A stretch of DNA of 64,000 nucleotides, taken from positions 31,073-95,072 of the forward strand of contig JAHJJX010000030.1 in NCBI GenBank assembly GCA_018822665.1, read 5' to 3'. Every line of letters begins with the position of its first letter. Positions within the stretch are counted from its first letter, which is position 1. The notes beneath the pieces were generated by a model that saw only the letters and a list, made by a program, of their open reading frames with translations, did not search any database and had not been told where the DNA came from. Of the stretch, positions 27,301 through 36,100 are shown piece by piece. The DNA is from a bacterium. Lineage in GTDB: Bacteria; Campylobacterota; Campylobacteria; Campylobacterales; Sulfurimonadaceae. A program made the position numbers and the translations under genes.

Positions 27301-28779
27301 AAAATCACCGTTTATATACATATTAATCAGTTGATTACTATCGTAAGCTCGGATTGAACTTACATTGGTTGAACCGGGGATGGTAAAAGAAGTTGTATAG
27401 TAATTACCTGAATAAAGAACAATTGTACTCGTTGATGATGCCAGTATAGAGTTTGCTTTAAAAAGTATTCTTTTTCCAGGTGTATAGGGCTTAAAAGTTA
27501 TAGAAGCTGTTTCATCGAGTTGAAGGGTGCCGATATCTACATAATCTGCAATGATTTCAACATTCGATGAACCTGTTGCGGTCGATGATTGGTTGAGAGT
27601 GTTTATCTGTACATATTGAGCCTTGAGCGCAACATTAGTGCCCGCTCTTCCCACTCTGAGTGTTTGCATTTTAATGGTTTGCGATGCTTCAAAATCTATG
27701 TTTGTGTTTCCGGGAAGAATGAGTGAGTTGATTTTAATATTTTTTGGAATAGTTGATGTTGTAAAAGAGTTGCCCGTACCATCACTTTGTATCCCAATAG
27801 TGCCTATTTCCAAGTTGTAAGGTTCAGGAGTGGAAAATGTTACATTATTGTTTATCGTAAGATTAAGTGTATTAAGTTTTTGCAGAGCAGAAAAGCTAAG
27901 ATTAAGACCTGTGATGCCGTTGTTGGACATATTGATTGTATTGTACTCTGTTAAAGTAAAGGTTTTCGATGCACTGAGTGATACATCGGAGCTGGCGAGT
28001 GGTGCCGGATTGTTTGTGATTGTTGCGGTATCGGGCACGTTGGTGTAGAGAACGTTTAATTGTTCTCCATAATTTCCTGTCGATGTGGCAATTCCTCCAT
28101 CACAGCTAAGTTCTTGATATACACTCCAAATAATGCTGCCTGTATTTAAAGAACAATCAGGGGTATTAAACAGCGCAGCTCCCGCTCCGGATTTTTGATG
28201 AATATTACTAGGGTTGCTTCTCGTTTGCAGCACATCTTCAAATGTTCCACAAAAAGCTGTTGTTGCAAGTGCTTCTTCTACCGGAATGATTTCATCTGCT
28301 ACGACAGCAGGCGTAGAACCTCCAGATGAAGCAGTAAATGAATAGGTGAGCGCATAACGCATGTAATCGTTAGTTTTTTTGTCTATATGAATATAATATG
28401 TTTGATTGGCAGTGAGTGTAAATGTAAAAGGACCATGCGTGTAACTAGAGCCGCCGCTGCTGATTATGTCATTTCCTCCACAACTGCTTCCAACGTAAAA
28501 TTTTACTTGCATTTGACTGCTTGTTCCACCCCATTGATCTCTATTTCCTTCAGAAATTGTCAGTGCTCCACCAACGGTAGGGGTAAATTTTAAGTAAATA
28601 TTTGTACCCAATGCACTGTATCCGCTCGTATAATAATTAGTAGTTTCATCTAATGTAGCAGAAACACCGTCTAAAGTACTTACTGAGTGTAGGGTGGCAC
28701 AGGAATTTGGATTGGTTGCGGTTTCTGCATAAGCCAAAGATGAGATTAGCATTATCAACAAAAGTAAAAAGGTTTTCAT
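24364..28779 (-). CDS. Giant secreted MshQ-like pilus-associated protein (1471 aa)
   Basis: Signal peptide MKTFLLLLIMLISSLAYA and a strong AAGGAGG RBS. The protein is Thr/Ser/Asn/Gly-rich with a beta-rich repeat character. The C-terminal third carries FAIRPDRF / ATFIPDHF / IHGRTNAPRQ and ends in ...RRSMW, which recalls the MshQ C-terminal region (DUF6701-type) as I remember it. Confidence 0.6.
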   Translation of the reverse strand: MKTFLLLLIMLISSLAYAETATNPNSCATLHSVSTLDGVSATLDETTNYYTSGYSALGTNIYLKFTPTVGGALTISEGNRDQWGGTSSQMQVKFYVGSSCGGNDIISSGGSSYTHGPFTFTLTANQTYYIHIDKKTNDYMRYALTYSFTASSGGSTPAVVADEIIPVEEALATTAFCGTFEDVLQTRSNPSNIHQKSGAGAALFNTPDCSLNTGSIIWSVYQELSCDGGIATSTGNYGEQLNVLYTNVPDTATITNNPAPLASSDVSLSASKTFTLTEYNTINMSNNGITGLNLSFSALQKLNTLNLTINNNVTFSTPEPYNLEIGTIGIQSDGTGNSFTTSTIPKNIKINSLILPGNTNIDFEASQTIKMQTLRVGRAGTNVALKAQYVQINTLNQSSTATGSSNVEIIADYVDIGTLQLDETASITFKPYTPGKRILFKANSILASSTSTIVLYSGNYYTTSFTIPGSTNVSSIRAYDSNQLINMYINGDFTPGNNPGINTTGVNGSYDTSLPAANFVLFVQGSLVTGGGGTTFNATVYVEGSVDFGSPTYFTGAISSYGDIEIGNLSKFYFDQSIDESGWGACSQYGVADPNYEQCGVFPSALNTWDMINAANGDVVISADIIYADGINGSVKCSDTEIYQNASQLDACSVSVMSIDVPSLPVHVSSSLSTASDISGTLSAKEYPHLNIVGDTRFQATQSYSTSDRKYMSIKSITGTDADITLTFTEGDYYFDSWSSNARLIVRTEGKVRFFIDGDMILNNNTLDFNYNNNTGIASDMYIFIGGNFAMTTSGGGSGYNMVAYIFAKGTFDAGTNTNNSSFRGAVSSVGSITLNNNQIYTYDGSGLDASGFGSCGGSSTVYITGSLDAWDTVLDTTPVPPSIRTISTKIVNKPFNLSLASLNSTNDAYATKAGIGNIDVAIYPNGLLTPISNTITFDASTVDHIPSSSDFTVTSAVSDAVVGFKICATYEYDAAENDTIYRLYSSTSCLSATIEACDTQTNGTPSWHICSASDHFAIRPDRFVITAPAGENINFLKSGVNYNFPLTAARFGDTTPSSGYTVSTANTVLNLLKTAMYQPDGVTVDNTLLGAPAFGTDFNITNGDAVNGANINFSDVGKVTLQMQDTTWTNIDIGDTPADCTASGRYVCGSVDATFIPDHFTLTNVHLNNHNTNTFTYLSNDLAMSAHLDVTIEAQNALNNKTSNFKTLSWENPVNVSIAVATAGTPTLIKDEIDEGINLNFTAGALTIPWNTADASKMLRFNFQRTLINPVNPFRVNGADVILTASSIYGALVITSAATPADLSATFIHGRTNAPRQTFVGNSGNALLYYEAFCNGVGCDKTLLPNGATSAYNNDSRWFTNTLHTVISGTAGNVNQTKSRTDVTGTDTSGGHPDSTTVTYEVGEEEYPYKTTMQNFPSTWLLYNKYNAGATANEFEVEFHNAAGSWAGAHETNTTTVEGGSTITNRRSMW

Positions 28780-28851
28780 AACAGCCTCCTTTGAAGCAAA
28801 AAAATGAGCACAAAAAAAGAGGGCTCAACGGCGAGAACTACTATATATTTA

Positions 28852-28857
28852 ATTATA
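28852..28857 (-). promoter_or_regulatory. -10 box (TATAAT on minus strand) for the giant-protein/pilin operon
   Basis: The minus strand reads GGTAGTATAATTAAAT about 70 nt upstream of the ATG at 28779. Confidence 0.4.
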
Positions 28858-28914
28858 CTACCACACAAGCTTAATAAGTACTGAAAGTAGTTGAATTTAT
28901 GAAAATGTGATATC

Positions 28915-28942
28915 TTTTCCGCATGCAATGGCATGTGGAAAA
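28915..28942. repeat. Inverted pair of motif copies forming a 12-bp hairpin
   Basis: TTTTCCGCATGC-aatg-GCATGTGGAAAA forms 12 bp with one G.U pair. It lies 8 nt past the fliW stop and upstream of the giant-protein promoter. Confidence 0.8.
28929..28940 (-). repeat. Copy of TTCCACATGCCA (TGGCATGTGGAA on + strand)
   Basis: Exact 12-mer, intergenic. It abuts the 2-mismatch inverted copy TTCCgCATGCaA at 28917-28928. Confidence 0.9.
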
Positions 28943-28949
28943 ATTGAAG

Positions 28950-29330
28950 TTATTTCTGTAAAAAAGTAGATATTTTTTCAGCAACACCATATTTGGACGA
29001 TTCAGTCAAAATAATTTGTGCTGCTTTTTTTGTGTCGGTATTAAACACCAAAGGACCTATAAAGTTAACAACAGATTCCTCTATAGGTGTTTGAATAAGA
29101 ACTATATTTAAAATGAGAAGATTTGAATCTTTGTCAACACTCAGCAGTTCTTGAAAATTTTGCGGAACTTCAAAGTCATACTCTCTTAAAACAAAAGGGT
29201 TTATTAGAGTAAAAGAGACATGTCTGTCGCTAAGCGCTTGCATCTTCATAAAGATATCATCTATCTTTTGCAACTCAACTTGTTTTATATCTTCAAAGCC
29301 TAAAAGAGGAACACTTATATCAAATATCAT
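28950..29330 (-). CDS. fliW: Flagellar assembly factor FliW
   Basis: MIFDISVPLLGFEDIKQVELQKIDD...SFTLINPF...YDFEVP... is the typical FliW sequence. The ATG at 29330 is preferred over 29375. Confidence 0.8.
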   Translation of the reverse strand: MIFDISVPLLGFEDIKQVELQKIDDIFMKMQALSDRHVSFTLINPFVLREYDFEVPQNFQELLSVDKDSNLLILNIVLIQTPIEESVVNFIGPLVFNTDTKKAAQIILTESSKYGVAEKISTFLQK

Positions 29331-29453
29331 AAAAAACCTTTTTATATTTTCGTCAATTGTATCACTTTTAAGCATAAAATATTCCTACTTTAAAGAGATA
29401 TATAACTCTTTTGGATAAAATAACAGCCTATCTATAATTAGGAATAAAACAAT

Positions 29454-30251
29454 ATGAATCTAAAGATAAAACTTCTTCTCACTCTTCTTGCAATGCTTAT
29501 GTTCTTTAGCGGTTGTTCTAAAGATTTAGAGGAATATAACAAGCCTGCCATGTACTGGTATACAAAGATAATAGAGTCTATATCCAACGGAAATTTAGAA
29601 AAGGCAGATAATTATTATAGTTCACTTCAAGGGGAGCATATCGGTTCTCCTTTGCTTCCAGAAGCTACTATGATTTTGGCAATAGCACATATGCATTATG
29701 AAGAGTATCTTTTAAGTGAGCATTTTTTAAATGAATACGTAAAAAGATATGCCAATCCAAATGAAAAAGAATTTGTAGAATTCTTAAAAATCAAAGCTAA
29801 ATATTTAGCTTTGCCAAATCCAAGAAGAGATCAGGCATTAATAGACGAAGGAATTCAAGAGAGCGAAAAATTTAAACTCAGTTACCCGAACTCCGTGTAT
29901 TATGATGTAGTAAATACAATGTTAACACGTCTTTATATGGCAGAAGCTGCACTCAATGAAAGTATTGCTGACCTTTATAAAAGGTTGGATAAACCAAAAA
30001 GTGCAAAGTATTATAGAGATATTAAGCCGCAGACATGGATAGTTTGGAATGAAATAGATAGAGCAAACACTCCTTGGTATCGCGCTTGGTTTGAAGGTGA
30101 CGGGAGCGAGAGTTGGTATGGGCCAATTGTTCCGGACACAAGAAGTGTTGTCTCCAGAAACTCTGTTGTAGATAATGCCGATTTGCAAGAGATAAAAGAA
30201 AAAAAATCAGAAAAAAATTCTGAACAGCCTTCACACAGTGAAGAGCCTTAA
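29454..30251 (+). CDS. bamD: Outer-membrane protein assembly factor BamD (ComL-like TPR lipoprotein)
   Basis: Lipobox MLMFFSGC and TPR-like helices (LEKADNYYSSLQ..., YPNSVYYD). Confidence 0.6.
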   Translation: MNLKIKLLLTLLAMLMFFSGCSKDLEEYNKPAMYWYTKIIESISNGNLEKADNYYSSLQGEHIGSPLLPEATMILAIAHMHYEEYLLSEHFLNEYVKRYANPNEKEFVEFLKIKAKYLALPNPRRDQALIDEGIQESEKFKLSYPNSVYYDVVNTMLTRLYMAEAALNESIADLYKRLDKPKSAKYYRDIKPQTWIVWNEIDRANTPWYRAWFEGDGSESWYGPIVPDTRSVVSRNSVVDNADLQEIKEKKSEKNSEQPSHSEEP

Positions 30252-30265
30252 AAAGAGGATAATGA

Positions 30266-32683
30266 ATGAAGCTAAGTAATTACGGTGAGTTTCCTGCGGA
30301 TATTCCAGTTATAGCAGAAGATGAACTTTTTTTGTATCCATTTATGATTTCACCACTTTTTTTAAGTGATGAAAATAATATTAAAGCAGCAACGAGAGCC
30401 ATTGAAGAAAGTTCTTTGGTTATCGTTTGTTCAACACAGCCTTCGCATGAGGGCGAAAGAAATTATGAATCACTTTATAATGCCGGAGTGGTTGGTTCAA
30501 TTATGCGTAAAGTTGCTCTTCCCGATGGAAGAGTTAAAGTTCTTTTTCAAGGTTTGGCAAGAGCAGAAATGCTTCGCAAAGTGCAAGATTCCCCTTTGAT
30601 AGCATACGTAGATGTTTTAAATTCCACTAATGTAAATTCATTGAAAATTGATGCAATTTTAGAAATTGTACGTGAAAAAGTGAGAACACTCTCAAGTGTC
30701 AGCAATTATTTTCCTCCAGATTTGCTTAGAACGATAGAAGAAAATCATGATCATAACCGTATTATAGATTTAATATGTAGTAGTATTAAGCTTAAAAAAG
30801 AGCAAGCGTATAAGCTGTTTGTTGAGGTGGATACTGAAAAAAGATTCTTACTGCTTATAGATAATTTGATTGATGAAATAGAAGCAAATAAACTTCAAAA
30901 AGAGATTCGCTCAAAAGTTCACACACATATAGAAAAAGTTAATAAAGAATATTTTTTAAAAGAACAGCTTAAACAGATTCAAAAAGAGTTGGGAACAGAT
31001 ACCTCAAGAGATGAAGAGATAGAAGAATACCGTAAGAAGCTCGAAGCAAAAAAAGAAAAAATGGATACAGACGCTTACAAAGAGATAAGCAAGCAGATAG
31101 AGAGACTTTCTCGAATGCATCCTGATTCGTCCGATGCTTCTATGACTCAAACGTATCTTGATTGGGTATTAGAAATTCCATTTGGAGATGAGTCTAAAAA
31201 AGCTCTCAAAATTTCAGATGTTGAAACTCAACTTGACCAAGACCATTTCTCTTTAGAAAAGCCGAAAAAAAGAATCGTTGAGTACTTCGCGGTAAAAGAA
31301 CTTTTAGAATTAAGAGGTATTAGCCATGCAAATGCTACTGGGGCTATATTGTGTTTCTCCGGGCCTCCGGGTGTCGGAAAAACTTCACTTGCAAACTCGA
31401 TAGCAACGGCTTTAAAACGTCCGCTGATAAGAATAGCACTTGGCGGACTTGAAGATGTAAATGAACTAAGAGGGCACAGAAGGACTTATGTCGGAGCGAT
31501 GCCTGGCAGAATTGTACAAGGCTTAATTGACGCTAAAAAAATGAATCCCGTTGTAGTTTTAGATGAGATAGATAAAGTTTCACGTTCACAAAGAGGGGAT
31601 CCGACTGCAGCACTTTTGGAGATTCTTGACCCTGAGCAAAACAAAGAGTTTAGGGATTATTACCTTAACTTTAATATTAACCTGAGTAATGTAATCTTTA
31701 TAGCTACGGCAAATGATGTTGGACGTATTCCGGCACCGCTTCGTGATAGAATGGAGTTTATTACGGTGAGTTCTTACACTCCTCAGGAAAAATTTGAAAT
31801 TGCCAAAAGATACCTTATCCCGCAAGAATTAAAAAAACATGGACTTAAAAACTCTGAAGTCAGTATTTCAAAACCAGCATTAAAAGAATTGATTCATAGT
31901 TATACACGTGAAGCAGGGGTGCGTAATCTTCGCCGTCGCATTGCTGATATGTCGAGAAAAGTTGCCAAAGATATACTTCAGCATCCTGAAATAAACAAAG
32001 TCTCGGTAACGCTTAAAAATTTAAAAGATTATTTTGACAAGAGTGTTTTTGAGATTGAAAAAACCGATAAAATTCCGGTAATTGGAGTTGTGAATGGTTT
32101 GGCTTGGACAGCCGTTGGCGGAGATGTTTTAAAAATAGAAAGTATACGCATTAAAGGCAAGGGAAACTTGCAGCTCACGGGAAGTCTGGGTGATGTAATG
32201 AAGGAATCAGCAAGAATTGCAATGAGTGTTGTTAAAACGCTTATAGACAATAAAAAGCTGAAAATTTCTGCAGAAAATATTCCTATGACATTCAAAGAAA
32301 AAGAAGATGATGTGATGATTGATGCAAGTGAAGTTTACAAGCGGTATGACTTACATGTACATGTGCCAGATGGTGCAACTCCAAAAGATGGTCCAAGTGC
32401 CGGCATTGCGATGGTGAGTGTCATCTCTTCAATTTTAAGTTCACAAAAGATTCGTTCTGAGATTGCTATGACGGGAGAGGTCTCTCTAAGTGGCGATGTA
32501 TTGCCGATAGGTGGATTAAAAGAAAAACTGATTGCTGCTCATAAGGCAGGAATGACGAAAGTTTTAATTCCGTCGAAAAACTATGAAAGAGATTTGGAAG
32601 ATATTCCTCAAGAAGTGAGAGATGCTATGGAAATAGTCGCTGTAAGTAGAGTGGAAGAGGTTTTAAAGCAAATTCTTATTTGA
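30266..32683 (+). CDS. lon: ATP-dependent Lon protease
   Basis: LON N-domain, GPPGVGKTS Walker A, and the PKDGPSAG catalytic Ser motif with the downstream K. Confidence 0.95.
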   Translation: MKLSNYGEFPADIPVIAEDELFLYPFMISPLFLSDENNIKAATRAIEESSLVIVCSTQPSHEGERNYESLYNAGVVGSIMRKVALPDGRVKVLFQGLARAEMLRKVQDSPLIAYVDVLNSTNVNSLKIDAILEIVREKVRTLSSVSNYFPPDLLRTIEENHDHNRIIDLICSSIKLKKEQAYKLFVEVDTEKRFLLLIDNLIDEIEANKLQKEIRSKVHTHIEKVNKEYFLKEQLKQIQKELGTDTSRDEEIEEYRKKLEAKKEKMDTDAYKEISKQIERLSRMHPDSSDASMTQTYLDWVLEIPFGDESKKALKISDVETQLDQDHFSLEKPKKRIVEYFAVKELLELRGISHANATGAILCFSGPPGVGKTSLANSIATALKRPLIRIALGGLEDVNELRGHRRTYVGAMPGRIVQGLIDAKKMNPVVVLDEIDKVSRSQRGDPTAALLEILDPEQNKEFRDYYLNFNINLSNVIFIATANDVGRIPAPLRDRMEFITVSSYTPQEKFEIAKRYLIPQELKKHGLKNSEVSISKPALKELIHSYTREAGVRNLRRRIADMSRKVAKDILQHPEINKVSVTLKNLKDYFDKSVFEIEKTDKIPVIGVVNGLAWTAVGGDVLKIESIRIKGKGNLQLTGSLGDVMKESARIAMSVVKTLIDNKKLKISAENIPMTFKEKEDDVMIDASEVYKRYDLHVHVPDGATPKDGPSAGIAMVSVISSILSSQKIRSEIAMTGEVSLSGDVLPIGGLKEKLIAAHKAGMTKVLIPSKNYERDLEDIPQEVRDAMEIVAVSRVEEVLKQILI

Positions 32684-32696
32684 GTTATGCGTTAGA

Positions 32697-32723
32697 TTGC
32701 GAGGGCCTTTAAAAGCCTCGCAA
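32697..32723. terminator. Bidirectional terminator hairpin
   Basis: TTGCGAGG(g)C-ctttaaaa-GCCTCGCAA lies between convergent lon and the response regulator. Confidence 0.6.
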
Positions 32724-32772
32724 AATTGTAGTTTGTGATTGTATAGAAAGAAAAGTCTATTTTAAGAAGTAA

Positions 32773-33150
32773 TTAAACGATAACCATTGCTATTTTCTTT
32801 AGTAAATCATCATTTCGTATCGGCTTCATTAAAAATCCATTTGCACCAAACTCCAGCGCTTCACTTTTTTTTGTTTCGTCCGTTGTTAACACTATGATAG
32901 GCAGCTGACGAAGATTAAAATCAGCACGAACCACCTTAAGCATCTCAATTCCCCCCATTACAGGCATAATAATATCAAGTAAAATCAAGTCGATATCACT
33001 TCTATTTTTTAATATACCCACAGCGTCAGAGCCATTTTTCGCTTCTATAACTTCTATAACTTTTCCGCTTTTATTAAGCATAGACTTTAATAATTTTAAG
33101 TTAATCAAATCATCATCAACCGCAAGTACTACCAAATTATCTCTCATCAT
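32773..33150 (-). CDS. Single-domain response regulator (CheY-like receiver)
   Basis: VLAVDDD...ILLDIIMP...LTT...MKP are the receiver signature residues. 125 aa. Confidence 0.85.
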   Translation of the reverse strand: MMRDNLVVLAVDDDLINLKLLKSMLNKSGKVIEVIEAKNGSDAVGILKNRSDIDLILLDIIMPVMGGIEMLKVVRADFNLRQLPIIVLTTDETKKSEALEFGANGFLMKPIRNDDLLKKIAMVIV

Positions 33151-33159
33151 ATTTTACCT

Positions 33160-36100
33160 TTAAATAAATTTTTCAAATATCAGTCTTAATAAATCTTTGT
33201 TTACAACATTTTTTATAATTTCATGGACGCACACAGCATCTTCTTGATTTTCAGGTGTCGATGGGTCTGTGATAAGTACTAAATAGGTAGTCAAAGAGGA
33301 AGAAACATTTTTTTCCTTAATGGCTGAAGAAAAATGTACCAAGTCTAAACCATCATACTCTTTATCAATAAGTACAAGCTTATATATTGATTCTTTTGTC
33401 AATTCCTCCAGTTCATTCACATCATTTGCAACTTCATAAGTGTAGCCTAAAGATTCTAAGATTTGAATGTAAAGTTTAGCTTCAAAATGACTTTTTTTAG
33501 CTAAGAGGATATCTGCCTTATAGCTCGCTTTTTGAGGAGTTTCTTGTTGTGTAATTATCTCTTGAGGTAGCGTTTCTTCTTCAGCATTATCTTCTATAAC
33601 AGCTTCTTCATGAAGAGTTTCAGGAATCTCTTTATCTTCTACCGGATCTACGTTTTTTATTTCCTCATTCTTTGAGAGTTCTATATTTGCAGAGATGTCT
33701 TCATTTTTAGATGCTTGTGTTTGTAATATTGACGCATCTTGCGGATTCTCTTGAGTATTTTCAATTTCGGCAATATTTTTTGGTATTACTATTTCTTCAA
33801 CTATTTTGTCTGCTAAAAAGTGATTGAGTAAAGAAATAATTTCCGAACGAACAAGTGGTTTTGTTGTGTACTCATCCAGTCCTGCACTTAAAAATCTCTC
33901 CCTGTCCCCTTTGAGCGCATTGGCTGTCAATGCTAAAATTGGAACATGCGGCTGATTATAGTCCTCTTCATATTCTAAAATTTCGGCAGTTGCTTCAACT
34001 CCATCCAAAAATGGCATTTGAATATCCATAAAAATCAAATCAAAATTACCGTCTTTTCTTTTTTGAAATGCTTCTAAGCCATTAGAAGCAACAGTAATAG
34101 TAAGCCCCAAGTCCTCAAGCGTTCTTTTAATGAGCTTTTGATTAATTATATTGTCTTCGGCGACTAAAACATTTGCATTAAATTTTGATGTATCGGCATT
34201 AAACTTTTTACGATTTACTTTTTTTACTTTTTTTGCGTTAAAGTTTTCAGCAGTGAAATTTTCTAGTGCCTGTTTTACTTTTGAAGTATTGAGTGGCTCA
34301 TAAATAGTTTTAAAAATATTGATATTTAATGAGTCGATTTTTTTCATATAATAAGATTTTGTTAAGAGAACAAGAGCCTGAGGAAGTTTCCCGTATGTAA
34401 CAAGCATGTCTTCAGGGGCATAGTCGTAATCTACAAATACTAAATCATAACTTACCTGTCTCTGAAGCGTTTCTAATTCATTTAAGTCCTTAAATGAAGT
34501 ATAGCTCACACCATAAAAGTGAAGGTACTCACGAAGATAAGTTTCTTGTCTTTTTATTTTATGTGATGACTCTAAAACTAAAGCATTAAGACTTGAATAG
34601 CTACCTTTTGAGCTTTCATTGAGCGTTTCAACTTCTTCAAAGTCAATAGTGAAATAGAATGTTGTACCTTCTCCTGGCTCACTGTAAAGATCTAGTTGAC
34701 CACCCATGAGTTCAATAAATCTGCTTGAAATTGTAAGCCCAAGCCCAGTACCGCCATATTTACGGGTAATAGATGTGTCGGCTTGAGAGAATGCTTCAAA
34801 TATTCTAGATTTTTGTTCACTTGTTACACCGATACCGCTGTCTTGTACTTCAAATCTAACTCTTGTAATTCCATCTTCATTGGAATCAACTTTTCTAATG
34901 TCAACATTAATTGTCCCGGAGCTGCTTGTAAATTTAACAGCATTTGAAAGAAGATTAATAATAACTTCTTTAATTTTTGTTGGGTCACCTTTAAGTGGAT
35001 GTTCAAGCTCTGGGTCGATAAAGCAACCAAGGTCAATATGTTTTTCGCTCGCTCTAACGGCATAAACATCCACGGCACTTTCAAACTCATCTATTGGATT
35101 AAAGATAATATCTTCAATTTCAAGTTTATTGCTCTCAATTTTTGATAAGTCAAGAATATTATTAATAATTTCAAGAAGGTTTTCGGAACTTTTTTCGATT
35201 ATTTCGACAAATTCATTTTGTTCTTCTTTGAGTCCTGTATCTTTAAGTAGTTCCGTAAAGCCAACGATACCGTTTAGCGGAGTACGAATTTCATGTGACA
35301 TGTTAGCAAGGAACATTGATTTCGCTTCACTCGCTTCCATCGCTGATTCTTTATCGCGTCTCGTTTGTTCAATAATTTTTTCTAATAAACTATATGCTTG
35401 CGCAGTTCCCTCGGCTGTATGTAAGTTAATATTTACACTTTCAGAATTAGCATCACTTGTATCTTCTGCAACTCTTTTTAGTACATTTTCCAAGTTTTTA
35501 ATATTTTTAGCAATTTCATTGGATAGCAAATATCCTAGAATAGCTAGAATAACTGAAACCATCCATATTGTAAAAGTTAAGATGAGAAACTTCAGAGCAT
35601 TTTCTTGTACTTCTTGGGCTCTGTTATCCATAGTTGTTAGAAGTAAATCTTCTGCTTCTGAGATAATATTTGTTTTTTCCGAAAGCATTGTAAACCAAAT
35701 ACCGGAACTTGTTTCGTACTCACCTGCGCCGGCAGATGAAATAATACTTGTTCTTTCCGCATTAATATCATCAAAAAGTTCTTTATTGTCTTCACTTTGA
35801 AAAAGTGCTTTTAGTTTTGCAACAAGCACTTTGTTTTGTAATGTGTCATAATTAATGGAATCCGCTTTAGCAATCAAAGATATCCATTTATTAAACTCAT
35901 CTTCTTCGAGTTCAGTTGAACGAGCAATAGCAAAAGAGATGAAATCTCTCTCGGCAGCAGTAAATTCTTTTGCTCTCACCATAGTAATATAGACGGATGA
36001 AAGTGCATTGATTTCTTGATCCATCTGATTACTGGTAATTTCTTCGAGCTGACGAATACCGTTGGATTGTGCTTGACCATAAACGGTTTCATAAACATCT

